Positions 27,197 through 36,783 of a DNA stretch of 64,000 nt are shown here, piece by piece. The number at the start of each line of letters is the position of its first letter. Position 1 is the stretch's first letter. Below the pieces are notes generated by a model. That model was not told the origin of the DNA. It was given only the letters and a program-made list of their open reading frames with translations, and searched no databases. Position numbers and translations under genes: made by a program. Source of the DNA: an uncultured PS1 clade bacterium (lineage in GTDB: Bacteria; Pseudomonadota; Alphaproteobacteria; MED-G09); contig CACBCD010000002.1 in assembly GCA_902537725.1 (NCBI GenBank), positions 67,920 through 131,919 on the forward strand. The letters are read 5' to 3'.

Positions 27197-28486
27197 TTAT
27201 AAAAATATAAATTTTGCTAAAAATATTAATGTTAAAAACCAAGCGCTTGTTGATATCTCCTTATGCTTATTTGATGCTAACTTAATAACTGTATAGGTAA
27301 TAAATCCAAGAGCAATACCATTAGCAATAGAGAAAGTAAGCGGAATCATTATAATTATGATTAGTGAAGGTATTATTTCAGAAGAATCTGACCAATTTAA
27401 CCTTTCAACATCACTTAGCATAAGGATGGATACATATATAAGTACACCAGCTGTTGCATATGGTGGAACCATCTCTGACAAGGGAGATAAAAATATTGAG
27501 ACTAAAAAGGCACTTCCTGTAACGACAGCTGTCAATCCAGTTCTGCCTCCAATTTCAATTCCAGCCGAACTTTCAACGTAACTTGTTACGGGTGCACAAC
27601 CAAAAAATGATCCAAAAACACTAGAGGTACTATCGGCTTTTATTGCTTTATCAAGATTTTGTATCCTACCAGAATTTTTTACTAATCCAGCCCTATTTGC
27701 CATACCTAATAAGGTTCCAGTAGTATCAAAGAAATTCACAAATAAAAATGAAATAATAACACTTATCATTGCGACATCAAAAGCACCTATTAAATCTAAT
27801 TTCATAAAAACAGGAAGAGGGTCAGGAGGAAGTGATACAATACCAGTAAATTCTTCCAATCCGGTAAATACCGCAATAGAAGTTATTGTAAAAATACCAA
27901 TTATTATTGATCCAGAAATTTTCCTAATAGATAAAATAGAAATTATGAGAAATCCTAAGATTGATAATAAGACACTACTTTGATTTAAATTACCCAAAGA
28001 TAATAAAGTTGACTCATTTCCAGAAATTATTCCTCCATTTTTAAGGCCTATTAATCCAATAAATAAACCTACGCCAGAACCCATAGCAATTCTTAGGTTT
28101 AAAGGAATACCTTCAAGCATCCATTTTCTTAGAGGTGTTATACTCATTATTACAAATAAAATCCCTGACCAAAAAACTGCCCCAAGAGCAATTTCCCATG
28201 AATAACCCATTCCTCCTACAACGGTATAAGTAAAGAAGGCATTTAATCCCATTCCAGGGGCAAGACCTACTGGCCAATTTGCATAAATACCCATGAAGAA
28301 ACAGGCCAAAGAGGCAGCAATACAAGTACCAACAAAACTCGCACCATAATCCATACCACTTTCTGCCATCATTTGAGGATTGACGAAAATTATGTAAGAC
28401 ATTGTTATAAATGTTGTTATTCCAGCTAATAATTCTTTTTTTATTGATGTGTTATTAGCTTTTAGATTGAAAATTTTTTCTAACAT
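27197..28486 (-). CDS. NCS2/AzgA-family purine permease (adenine/guanine/hypoxanthine type)
   Basis: LEKIFNLKANNTSIKKELLAGITTFITMSYIIFVNPQMM is a typical AzgA-family N-terminus. There are about 12 predicted TM segments. Confidence 0.85.
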   Translation of the reverse strand: MLEKIFNLKANNTSIKKELLAGITTFITMSYIIFVNPQMMAESGMDYGASFVGTCIAASLACFFMGIYANWPVGLAPGMGLNAFFTYTVVGGMGYSWEIALGAVFWSGILFVIMSITPLRKWMLEGIPLNLRIAMGSGVGLFIGLIGLKNGGIISGNESTLLSLGNLNQSSVLLSILGFLIISILSIRKISGSIIIGIFTITSIAVFTGLEEFTGIVSLPPDPLPVFMKLDLIGAFDVAMISVIISFLFVNFFDTTGTLLGMANRAGLVKNSGRIQNLDKAIKADSTSSVFGSFFGCAPVTSYVESSAGIEIGGRTGLTAVVTGSAFLVSIFLSPLSEMVPPYATAGVLIYVSILMLSDVERLNWSDSSEIIPSLIIIIMIPLTFSIANGIALGFITYTVIKLASNKHKEISTSAWFLTLIFLAKFIFL

Positions 28487-28708
28487 TTTTAAATATTAAG
28501 TCTTAATTCTTTAATTTGTAACTTTTTTATTATAATCATATTCAAATATTACAATTAATAAATGTTAAACTTTAAATTGTATAAAATAAAAATATTAATT
28601 TACTAAAAAGTATGGAATCATTTTAAATTATTAATGTTTATTTAGACAATAGGCATAGTTCTTGCTTAGTTACATATATAATATTTTTTATAAATTTCGG
28701 GGTTGGTT

Positions 28709-31108
28709 ATGATTTCATTTAAAACGTTAAAAATTACCATTATTTTTTCTTTATTCTTTTTATTAAACACTCAATTATTATCAGCTGATGAAGCTATCAA
28801 TACTCAAGCTCAGTCAGATGAAACTAGTTTATCTATTATTTCTAATAATGAAAATTCTCTTATAATAGATGAAATAATTGTTACTGCTGAGAAACGAACA
28901 GAAAGCCTTCAAGATGTTTCAAAGGCTGTCACTGCTCTTGGGGCTGATGAGTTAGAAACAAAAAATATAGTTGACTTTGTCGGGTTAAGTGCAATTGCGC
29001 CTGGTGTTACTGTCGCTAAAAACGAAGGTTATAAAACTGTCATCTCAATTCGTGGTGTAGGTGATGAAACAAACCAAAATGCAATTGCTGCACCTTCTGT
29101 CGCGCTTCATATGGATGGAATATTTATTGCTTCTAAGTTTTCTTTAAGAACTGATTTCATTGATTTGGAGAGAATAGAAGTCTTAAGGGGTCCACAGGGA
29201 ACTCTCTTTGGACAAAATTCTACAGGTGGTACTGTAAATGTCGTTAGTAAACTTCCTAGCTTCGATGGTTTTGAAGGCAAAGCTGATATTACGTTAGGTA
29301 ATTATAATTTATCAAAAGTAAGGGGTTCTTTTAATACACCATTGTCTGAAAATGTAGCTACTAGAAATTCTTTCGTTATAACTGATAGAGATGGTTTTAC
29401 CGATAATGTAATAAATGGACAGGATTTAGATGATGCTAATCATATAAGTTTTAGGTCAGATTGGTTATTTGATTTAACAAGTAATTCCAGTTTAAGATTA
29501 TTCTTTCAATACTTCGATGCTGATAATAATGGTGCAGCAATGAAAGGGTTAGATGATAAGACACCTGATCCTAGAAAATTAGCACAAGACTCATTATCGG
29601 ATTATCAATTAACATCTGAAGTTTTTGGAGCTATTTATGAAGTTGATTTGGGAGCAGCAAGTCTTAAAATTTTAGCTAGTTCTCAAGAAGACGATATTTA
29701 CGTTGTAAGGGATAATGATAGACACAACTTTGGTGACGTCCATGCTGAAGGTCCTCTTGCGGGATTACCATATATTGCCGCTGAATTTAGACCTGAAACT
29801 TCGCTTGTTGAAACAAAAACCTTTGAAATAAATTTAATTTCTAACGAGCCCCTTTTTGGAACTATTGATTGGATATTAGGTGCATTTTATTTTGACCATG
29901 AAATTGAAAACCATATCTATGAGGTAAAAGATGTAAATAATGTAAAGCTTGTTGATCTTATGGATGGTAAATTTACTCCATATACTCATGCTCCAATATG
30001 TGCTACAAGTCCATTTGAAGGAATCTGTTTTGCCGCTTTTGGAGCTGAACTTGGATTTGTATCTGATGCATTTCCAACAAGAGAGTCTCAATCTATATAT
30101 GGACAAGCAACTATTAATATTAATGAAAAAACACGATTTGTAAGTGGTTTTCGTTATACAGAGGACTCCTTTTCTAGTGATGTTACAAACTTCTTTGGTT
30201 TGCAGTCTTATTTAATAGAAGATGATCTTGAGAAAACCACTGGAAGAATAGCTATTGAATACGATGTAGATGACGATACTATGACTTATTTATCATTTAC
30301 AAAAGGTTTCAAACCTGGAGGCAGTAATTTAACTTTTGGATGGCCTGTTGATAATGAACAGAATTTTGGTGCAAATCCTGCGCCTCAATTAGTTTTTCCC
30401 CTATTTGAAAGTGAAACAATTGATGCTTATGAGGTAGGACTTAAAACTGATTTATTGGATAGCAGATTAAGAGCAAATATATCAGCATTCTTTTATAAGT
30501 ATGAGAATCTTCAATTCCAATCAACTGATCCAGATGTGTATAGAGGCGGGGTTGCTAATATACCTGAGTCAGAAATGAGTGGTTTAGAAGTTGAGTTTTT
30601 AGGAATTTTATCTAATGAATTCTCTTTTGATTTGAGGTTATCTTTCTTAGATACAGAAATTACTTCTGATTATGAAGCGCTGGACAATATTAGAGCAGAA
30701 TTATATTTCTTTGGTGAAGAACCAATTAGATACAGTCTAAGAGAAAATATTAAGGGAAATAAACTTGCAAAAAGTCCTGAATTTAATGCAAATTTTGGTT
30801 TGATGTATGAAAAAATTCTTTCCTCTGGAAAATTACTAACTGCAACTGCTGAGGTGGTCCACCGTGGTGATTTTCAACAGAGAGTATTTAATAATCCTTT
30901 TGTTGATAATGTTGAAGATTATACAATTTATAATTTAAGTCTTAGTTATGAACTTTCTGAACAAATTGGTCTAAACATAATTGCATTAAATATTTCTGAC
31001 GAGGATGGTATGAATTCAAGTATGACAGATGTCTTTGGAGTTGCTGGTACAGGTATTGAACTAATTCCACCAAGACAAGTTATGGGCAGAATTAGTTACA
31101 ACTTTTAA
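28709..31108 (+). CDS. TonB-dependent receptor (TBDR-4)
   Basis: Signal peptide, plug region (DEIIVTAEKRTESLQDVSKAVTAL; IERIEVLRGPQGTLFGQNSTGGTVNVVSK), and a barrel ending ..GRISYNF. I prefer the ATG at 28709 (GGGG lies 7-11 nt upstream) over the TTG at 28703 used in the track. Confidence 0.85.
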   Translation: MISFKTLKITIIFSLFFLLNTQLLSADEAINTQAQSDETSLSIISNNENSLIIDEIIVTAEKRTESLQDVSKAVTALGADELETKNIVDFVGLSAIAPGVTVAKNEGYKTVISIRGVGDETNQNAIAAPSVALHMDGIFIASKFSLRTDFIDLERIEVLRGPQGTLFGQNSTGGTVNVVSKLPSFDGFEGKADITLGNYNLSKVRGSFNTPLSENVATRNSFVITDRDGFTDNVINGQDLDDANHISFRSDWLFDLTSNSSLRLFFQYFDADNNGAAMKGLDDKTPDPRKLAQDSLSDYQLTSEVFGAIYEVDLGAASLKILASSQEDDIYVVRDNDRHNFGDVHAEGPLAGLPYIAAEFRPETSLVETKTFEINLISNEPLFGTIDWILGAFYFDHEIENHIYEVKDVNNVKLVDLMDGKFTPYTHAPICATSPFEGICFAAFGAELGFVSDAFPTRESQSIYGQATININEKTRFVSGFRYTEDSFSSDVTNFFGLQSYLIEDDLEKTTGRIAIEYDVDDDTMTYLSFTKGFKPGGSNLTFGWPVDNEQNFGANPAPQLVFPLFESETIDAYEVGLKTDLLDSRLRANISAFFYKYENLQFQSTDPDVYRGGVANIPESEMSGLEVEFLGILSNEFSFDLRLSFLDTEITSDYEALDNIRAELYFFGEEPIRYSLRENIKGNKLAKSPEFNANFGLMYEKILSSGKLLTATAEVVHRGDFQQRVFNNPFVDNVEDYTIYNLSLSYELSEQIGLNIIALNISDEDGMNSSMTDVFGVAGTGIELIPPRQVMGRISYNF

Positions 31109-31177
31109 TAAACTTATATAGTAACAATTTTAAACTTTAGTTTGTAGATATATTCTTGACTTTAGATTTAGAATATA

Positions 31178-31753
31178 ATGGTTAGAGTCATGAAAAAATT
31201 GTTCATAGATTCAAATAAATTGTTAGAAGATTCTTTTCAGCTTGCATGGAATATTTATAAAAGTGGTTTCAAGCCAGATTATATAGTTGGTGTATGGAGA
31301 GGAGGAGCACCAGTTGGAATTGCTGTTCAAGAACTATTAGACTTTTTGGGAGTTTCGTCAGATCATATAGCAATTAGAACTTCTTCATATACTTCTATGG
31401 GAAAAAGATCCAAAGAGGTAAAAGTATTCGGTCTGAACTATATAATTAATAGAGTTGAATCAGAGGACTCACTTTTAATTGTTGACGATGTATTTGATAC
31501 TGGACTTTCAATTAACCAGGTTATTGTAAATTTAAAAAAAGCCTGTAAAAAAAATACTCCAGATATTAAAATTGCCACACCCTATTTTAAGCCTTCGAAC
31601 AATAAGACTAAGATAAAACCAGATTACTATATACATAAATCTGATAATTGGTTGGTCTTCCCACATGAGCTAGATGGATTAAATATTGAAGAGATCAGAA
31701 ATAATAAACCAGAAATGAAGAATTTAATTGATAAGATTACTTCTCTTAAATAA
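31178..31753 (+). CDS. Phosphoribosyltransferase (purine PRT-like, type I fold)
   Basis: PRPP-binding loop LLIVDDVFDTGLS. An alternative start exists at 31190. Confidence 0.7.
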   Translation: MVRVMKKLFIDSNKLLEDSFQLAWNIYKSGFKPDYIVGVWRGGAPVGIAVQELLDFLGVSSDHIAIRTSSYTSMGKRSKEVKVFGLNYIINRVESEDSLLIVDDVFDTGLSINQVIVNLKKACKKNTPDIKIATPYFKPSNNKTKIKPDYYIHKSDNWLVFPHELDGLNIEEIRNNKPEMKNLIDKITSLK

Positions 31754-31796
31754 AAAATTCTTATATTCTTAGTGATTTATTATTAAAAGGGTTTGA

Positions 31797-32411
31797 ATGA
31801 CTAAAATCTATTTTCATAAACATGATTTACCAACTGATATTAAATTTCAAGATTCTGTTGCTGTTGACTCTGAAACACTTGGATTAAGACCAGAAAGAGA
31901 CCCTCTTTGTCTGATTCAACTTTCATCAGGTGATGGAAATGCTCATCTTATTCAGCTTGATAGGGATAAATACGATGCTCCAAATTTAAAAAAAATATTA
32001 ACGGATAAGAGTTGTTTAAAAATTTTTCATTTTGCAAGGTTTGATGTAGCTGTCTTTAAGAAGTATCTTAATATCGATTGTGAACCAATTTATTGTACTA
32101 AAATTGCTTCTAAACTTGTCAGAACTTATACCGATAAGCATGGATTAAAGGACTTATGTAAGGAGACTTTAAATATCGATTTATCTAAACAACAACAAAG
32201 TTCTAATTGGGGTGCCGAAGAGTTAACTGAGGATCAAAAAAAATATGCAGCTTCTGATGTTATTTATTTACATGAAATCAAAGTTAAACTTGACCAGCAA
32301 TTAATAAAAATGGATAGGCAGGCTTTAGCCGATCAGTGTTTTTCATTCATAAAGACTAGAGTGGATTTAGATTTAAAGGGATGGCCAGATATTGATATAT
32401 TTAGTCATTAA
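31797..32411 (+). CDS. 3'-5' exonuclease domain protein (short RNase D-like, DEDD family)
   Basis: ExoI VAVDSETLGL, ExoII KIFHFARFDV, ExoIII YAASDVIYLHEI. Confidence 0.7.
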   Translation: MTKIYFHKHDLPTDIKFQDSVAVDSETLGLRPERDPLCLIQLSSGDGNAHLIQLDRDKYDAPNLKKILTDKSCLKIFHFARFDVAVFKKYLNIDCEPIYCTKIASKLVRTYTDKHGLKDLCKETLNIDLSKQQQSSNWGAEELTEDQKKYAASDVIYLHEIKVKLDQQLIKMDRQALADQCFSFIKTRVDLDLKGWPDIDIFSH

Positions 32412-32415
32412 TTAA

Positions 32416-33024
32416 ATGATAAATAAAGACCAAATTCAAAATATCCGAATTAAAAGATTAAGAATTATTTTCCCCTTGATCGCACTAGTAATAGTTTCTC
32501 TGATATTTTTTCAGTCTGTCAATATAGCGACAACAAAAGATAAAAATTTAAATCTTATTTTATCAGATCAATCTAATGATGGCGTTCTTAAGCCCTCAAT
32601 GATTGGCGAGACTTCCTCAGGACAACCTTTTGTTTTAAATGCTCTCAAGGCGAGCCCTTTAGGTCCGGATCTTAGAGATATAGAATTAGAAAATGTGAGT
32701 ATTACCCTTGGTAAAGAGGGGGTTCAAACGATAAGTGTAAATTCAAGAAATGCAAAATATTTTGCCAAAAATAATATTGCTATTTTCTTTGATGATATTG
32801 TTTCTAAGACATCAGATGGTTATGACTTTATTGCCCAAGTCGTTAATGTAAACTTAGAAACTGGTTTTACTTTCTTAAATGGACCTGTTCAAGGAAGGAA
32901 AGGTGAAATTGAATTTGATGCTGGTCATGTAGAGATACATGAAAGAGGCAATAAGATTTTTATATCCTCGGGGGTTAAGCTAATTATACCTGCTAGCTTT
33001 ATAAAACAAATTAATGAGGAATAG
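32416..33024 (+). CDS. lptC: LPS export protein LptC
   Basis: A single N-terminal TM anchor, the right size, and a position immediately upstream of lptA-lptB. The sequence itself is weakly diagnostic. Confidence 0.6.
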   Translation: MINKDQIQNIRIKRLRIIFPLIALVIVSLIFFQSVNIATTKDKNLNLILSDQSNDGVLKPSMIGETSSGQPFVLNALKASPLGPDLRDIELENVSITLGKEGVQTISVNSRNAKYFAKNNIAIFFDDIVSKTSDGYDFIAQVVNVNLETGFTFLNGPVQGRKGEIEFDAGHVEIHERGNKIFISSGVKLIIPASFIKQINEE

Positions 33025-33026
33025 AG

Positions 33027-33545
33027 ATGGTAAGTTTATTTAGAAGTTGTTTAATTTTTACCTCTATTTTTATATATTTTGATGATCAATTATTGGCTGA
33101 TGAATCTATTTCTTTTGATACAAATATTAATGCGCCTCTTAAGGTAGATGCTGATAAAATGTATATTGATAAAATTGCTTTAGAAGGTGGGCTTTCAGGG
33201 TCTGTAAGTATAAATCAAGGTCCGTTAAATTTAAGAGCAGATCAAATGGAATTTACTTTTACGGATAATGCCTCAATGCCTGTAATAAAAAATTTATATG
33301 CTTCTAATGGCGTAGTGATTTCAAATCAAGATATGACAGCAACTGGAAATAACGCTTCCTATAGTGTAAGTAATAACGAAATTATTTTATTAGGGAGTGT
33401 TACCGTCGTAAATAATTTTACAACCTTGAAAGGTGACAAACTTTTAATTGATTTAGAGACTGGTGCAATTAATTTTATTGCTGATGATAATCAAAGTAAT
33501 AGAGTTAAAGGCGTTTTAATGCAGAGTGAAAAAAAAGATGAATAG
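33027..33545 (+). CDS. lptA: LPS transport periplasmic protein LptA (OstA-like)
   Basis: Signal peptide, OstA-type repeats (LKVDADKMYID ... LRADQMEFTF ... LKGDKLLIDLETG), and genomic context. Confidence 0.7.
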   Translation: MVSLFRSCLIFTSIFIYFDDQLLADESISFDTNINAPLKVDADKMYIDKIALEGGLSGSVSINQGPLNLRADQMEFTFTDNASMPVIKNLYASNGVVISNQDMTATGNNASYSVSNNEIILLGSVTVVNNFTTLKGDKLLIDLETGAINFIADDNQSNRVKGVLMQSEKKDE

Positions 33546-34305
33546 TGATATGATTGGCAAGCCTTCAGTAATAACTAATAATGACAAAGGTCTTGAGATA
33601 AAACGTATAAGTAAGTCCTACAATAATCGTCCTGTTGTAAGAGAGGTTAGCTTTAATATAAATAAAGGTGAAGCTGTTGGTCTACTAGGACCAAATGGTT
33701 CAGGCAAAACTACTATCTTCTATACTATTATTGGTCTAATAAAACCAAACACAGGATCTATTTTCTTAAATGGTTTTGATGTTACAGATTTACCCATATA
33801 TAAGCGTTCCAAAAATGGTATTGGGTATTTGCCTCAAGAAGCTTCAATTTTTAGAGGAATGAATGTAGAGGATAATATAAAATCTATCCTTGAGATTGTT
33901 GAAACTGATAAACAGGTTATTGAAAGTAATTTAGATCAATTATTGACAGAATTTGATATTAGTCATTTAAGAAGAACTCCTTCATTAGCTTTATCGGGTG
34001 GAGAGAGAAGAAGAGTTGAAATTGCTCGGTGCCTTGCAGGGAAACCAAATTATATTTTATTGGATGAGCCTTTCGCAGGTATTGACCCAATTGCACTAAG
34101 CGAAATTAAAGAATTAGTTTCTCATTTAAAGGATAAAGGTGTTGGTGTTTTAATTACTGATCATAATGTTAGAGAGACTATGGGTTTGATAGATAGAGCG
34201 GTATTAATCCATGAAGGCTCTGTTTTAATTGAAGGTAAACCAGAAGATATCATTAAAAATGATGATGTTAGGCGAGTTTATCTTGGAGAGCGTTTTTCGA
34301 TTTAA
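33538..34305 (+). CDS. lptB: LPS export ABC transporter ATP-binding protein LptB
   Basis: Walker A GPNGSGKTT, signature LSGGERRRVEIAR, Walker B ILLDEPFAGIDP. I use the ATG at 33538; the GTG at 33526 is also possible. Confidence 0.9.
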   Translation: MNSDMIGKPSVITNNDKGLEIKRISKSYNNRPVVREVSFNINKGEAVGLLGPNGSGKTTIFYTIIGLIKPNTGSIFLNGFDVTDLPIYKRSKNGIGYLPQEASIFRGMNVEDNIKSILEIVETDKQVIESNLDQLLTEFDISHLRRTPSLALSGGERRRVEIARCLAGKPNYILLDEPFAGIDPIALSEIKELVSHLKDKGVGVLITDHNVRETMGLIDRAVLIHEGSVLIEGKPEDIIKNDDVRRVYLGERFSI

Positions 34306-34309
34306 TATT

Positions 34310-34666
34310 ATGATCACTAATATATTTGAAGATTTTACAAATTCAGTAATAAGTTGTTTTAATAAATATTTTGATTTCGAGACTAGATCATCAAGGAAAG
34401 AATTCTGGTATTGGCAACTATTTAGAATTTTAATGTTTTTATCTATTACTTATTTAGAAAGTCTTGGCCTAAGTGGACTACTATTTATATCCAACTTTAT
34501 TTTTTTAATTCCAGAAATTGCTGTTTCAATAAGAAGATTACATGACATAAATAAATCTGGTTGGTGGATACTTCTGACCATAACAATTATAGGTATTATC
34601 CCTCTCATTTATTTTTATTGTATAAAGGGTGATGATGGTGCTAATGATTATGGCCAAACAAATTAA
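34310..34666 (+). CDS. DUF805-family inner-membrane protein
   Basis: SSRKEFWYWQLF ... AVSIRRLHDINKSGWW is the DUF805 signature. I start at the ATG at 34310, just after the lptB stop, rather than the track's start inside lptB. Confidence 0.65.
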   Translation: MITNIFEDFTNSVISCFNKYFDFETRSSRKEFWYWQLFRILMFLSITYLESLGLSGLLFISNFIFLIPEIAVSIRRLHDINKSGWWILLTITIIGIIPLIYFYCIKGDDGANDYGQTN

Positions 34667-34677
34667 GGATTAAAAAT

Positions 34678-36513
34678 TTGAATTCTTTTAAAAATATTGC
34701 CAAATACTCTCTTAAAGCTTTGAAGTGGTTATGGATATTGGTTTCTTATATTCCAACTTTTTTAATTAGAACAGTTACTGTTTTAATCATTATCCTGATT
34801 ATATTTAACTATTTTTCAAAATTCACAACAAATATTAAAACTGGAACTGCATTACTTTTACAAATGGATGGTGTGCTTGTTGAGCAGGCAAAAAGTAGAG
34901 GTGGTTTTGATTTTTTTTCTCAGAGTAATGAGCCTAAAGAAATTGAAATAAATAAAATTATTAGTGCAATTAAATTAGCTGGGAATGATAAAAATATAGA
35001 AAGTATTGTTATTGATCTTAGCAATTTTGTTGGGGGATATCCAGCTGATATAATTTATCTTTCTGAAATTTTATTAAAATTTAAAGAGAATAATAAGAAA
35101 AGTATTATTGCGATAGCAGATTATTATTCGCAGCCTTCGTATATATTAGCTTCTACTGCTGATGAAATAATTGCTCATAAGAATGGTGGGGTTTCTATTT
35201 ATGGATGGTCTTCCAAAAGAGTATTTCTAAAGGATTTACTTGATAAATTAGAATTAGAAGTTATTGAGTTCTCTAAAGGTGAATACAAAAGTGCTACTGA
35301 AATTTTTACAAGGAACTCTATGAGTGATGCATCAAAAGAAGCTAATAAAAAATTACAAAGTTCAATTTGGAAATATACTTCAAATTTTATTGAACAAAAC
35401 AGAAATCTAGAGAGGGGTAAAATTGATTTTTATTTAGATAATATTGATATTTTAGCAAAAGATAATAATTTTGATTTTGCTAATCTAGCTATCAGTTATG
35501 GCCTAGTAGACAGTTTAAAAACTAGATCTGAGATTGAACAATACCTCAGTGAAAAATTTCCTCATCCACAGGAAGATTGGCGATATATTAATTTAGATGA
35601 ATATTTAAAGACTGAAATAACAAATAGTGAAAATTTAATTGGAGTAATTTCTGTTGCAGGAACTATTATGGATGGTAATCAACCAAGAGGAACTGCTGGT
35701 GGAGAAAATATTTCTTCATTGATTAAAAATGCTAGAAAAGAAAATAATCTAAAGGCGCTTATTTTAAGGGTGAATACTCCTGGAGGCAGTGCTTTTGCAT
35801 CTGAACTTATAAGAGAGGAACTTATAGAAATTAAAAATCTTGAGATACCTATCATTGTTTCAATGGGAGGTGTTGCAGCTTCAGGTGGATATTGGATATC
35901 AGCAGAATCAGATTTTATATTTGCTCATGAGACTACTGTAACAGGTTCAATTGGTGTCGCAGCTCTTTTATTAAATGCAGAAGAAACTTCAAAAAAAATA
36001 GGATTAAATGAAGATGGAATTGAAAAAACACCTTTTTCCTCTGGTTTTAATACTGGTGTTCTCTTAACGACTCCCTCTGATAGATTTGTTGATTTAATCC
36101 AAGGCTCAGTGGATAGACTTTATAATGATTTTGTAGATATTGTATCTAGGGGAAGAAATCTATCGGTAGATCAGGTAAATGATATAGCTAAAGGAAGAGT
36201 TTGGTCGGGTAGTGATGCTTTAGATATAGGTCTTGTTGATGATATTGGATCTTTTGATGATGCTTTAAATAAAGCAAAAGAGTTAGCTAATGTTGACGAT
36301 TATACAATTAAAATATTTGATCAAAAAAGGAATGATTTTACCTTTTTGAAAAGAATTTTTGGATTAATGGGCATTCAGAAAGAAGATATTTTTAGTAGAA
36401 ATTTATTTTATGACTTACAAAATGACTTTTTAAAAACAACGAAATTGTCATTGAATCTTAATGACCCTGATAATTTATATTTTCTCTGTGATGAATGTAT
36501 AGTTAAGTATTAA
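34678..36513 (+). CDS. sppA: Signal peptide peptidase SppA, 67K type (tandem S49 domains)
   Basis: N-terminal TM segment and two ClpP/crotonase-like halves. The second half has LILRVNTPGGSAFASE ... GGVAASGGYWIS. TTG start. Confidence 0.8.
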   Translation: MNSFKNIAKYSLKALKWLWILVSYIPTFLIRTVTVLIIILIIFNYFSKFTTNIKTGTALLLQMDGVLVEQAKSRGGFDFFSQSNEPKEIEINKIISAIKLAGNDKNIESIVIDLSNFVGGYPADIIYLSEILLKFKENNKKSIIAIADYYSQPSYILASTADEIIAHKNGGVSIYGWSSKRVFLKDLLDKLELEVIEFSKGEYKSATEIFTRNSMSDASKEANKKLQSSIWKYTSNFIEQNRNLERGKIDFYLDNIDILAKDNNFDFANLAISYGLVDSLKTRSEIEQYLSEKFPHPQEDWRYINLDEYLKTEITNSENLIGVISVAGTIMDGNQPRGTAGGENISSLIKNARKENNLKALILRVNTPGGSAFASELIREELIEIKNLEIPIIVSMGGVAASGGYWISAESDFIFAHETTVTGSIGVAALLLNAEETSKKIGLNEDGIEKTPFSSGFNTGVLLTTPSDRFVDLIQGSVDRLYNDFVDIVSRGRNLSVDQVNDIAKGRVWSGSDALDIGLVDDIGSFDDALNKAKELANVDDYTIKIFDQKRNDFTFLKRIFGLMGIQKEDIFSRNLFYDLQNDFLKTTKLSLNLNDPDNLYFLCDECIVKY

Positions 36514-36588
36514 TCTAATTACTTGCCCCGAAGCACCTATAGGGTTATAACTCCATCAAATAAATCAATATACCGAACGGAGTGTAAA

Positions 36589-36774
36589 ATGGCAGTTCCA
36601 AAAAGAAAGGTAAGTCCTTCTCGACGAGGAAAGAGGAGAGGAGGTCATAAATCAGAAAATCCTACTTATGTAGAGAATAAAGACTCTGGTGAACTTCACA
36701 GACCGCACCACATTGATCTAAAAACAGGTATGTATAATGGTCGCAAGGTTTTAGAGACTAAAGAACCAAAATAA
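36589..36774 (+). CDS. rpmF: 50S ribosomal protein L32
   Basis: [55 protein letters not shown] is an alphaproteobacterial-style L32. GGAG lies upstream of the ATG at 36589. The track's TTG extension from 36523 is rejected. Confidence 0.9.
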   Translation: MAVPKRKVSPSRRGKRRGGHKSENPTYVENKDSGELHRPHHIDLKTGMYNGRKVLETKEPK

Positions 36775-36783
36775 TATTTAATT

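Noticed and set aside
28487-28708. Short inverted repeat ACAATT..AATTGT and other AT-rich symmetry in the permease/TBDR-4 divergent spacer, considered as a purine-regulator operator
   Set aside because: It has only 6-bp arms in roughly 85% AT sequence, which is not distinguishable from chance.
31155-31180. Promoter-like TTGACT ... TATAAT upstream of the phosphoribosyltransferase gene
   Set aside because: The spacer between the hexamers is only about 12 nt. In DNA this AT-rich, -10-like hexamers are everywhere, so I make no promoter calls.
36523-36588. TTG-initiated 22-codon N-terminal extension of rpmF in the ORF track
   Set aside because: L32 proteins start MAVPKRK. The ATG at 36589 has a GGAG RBS, and the extension has no counterpart in L32.
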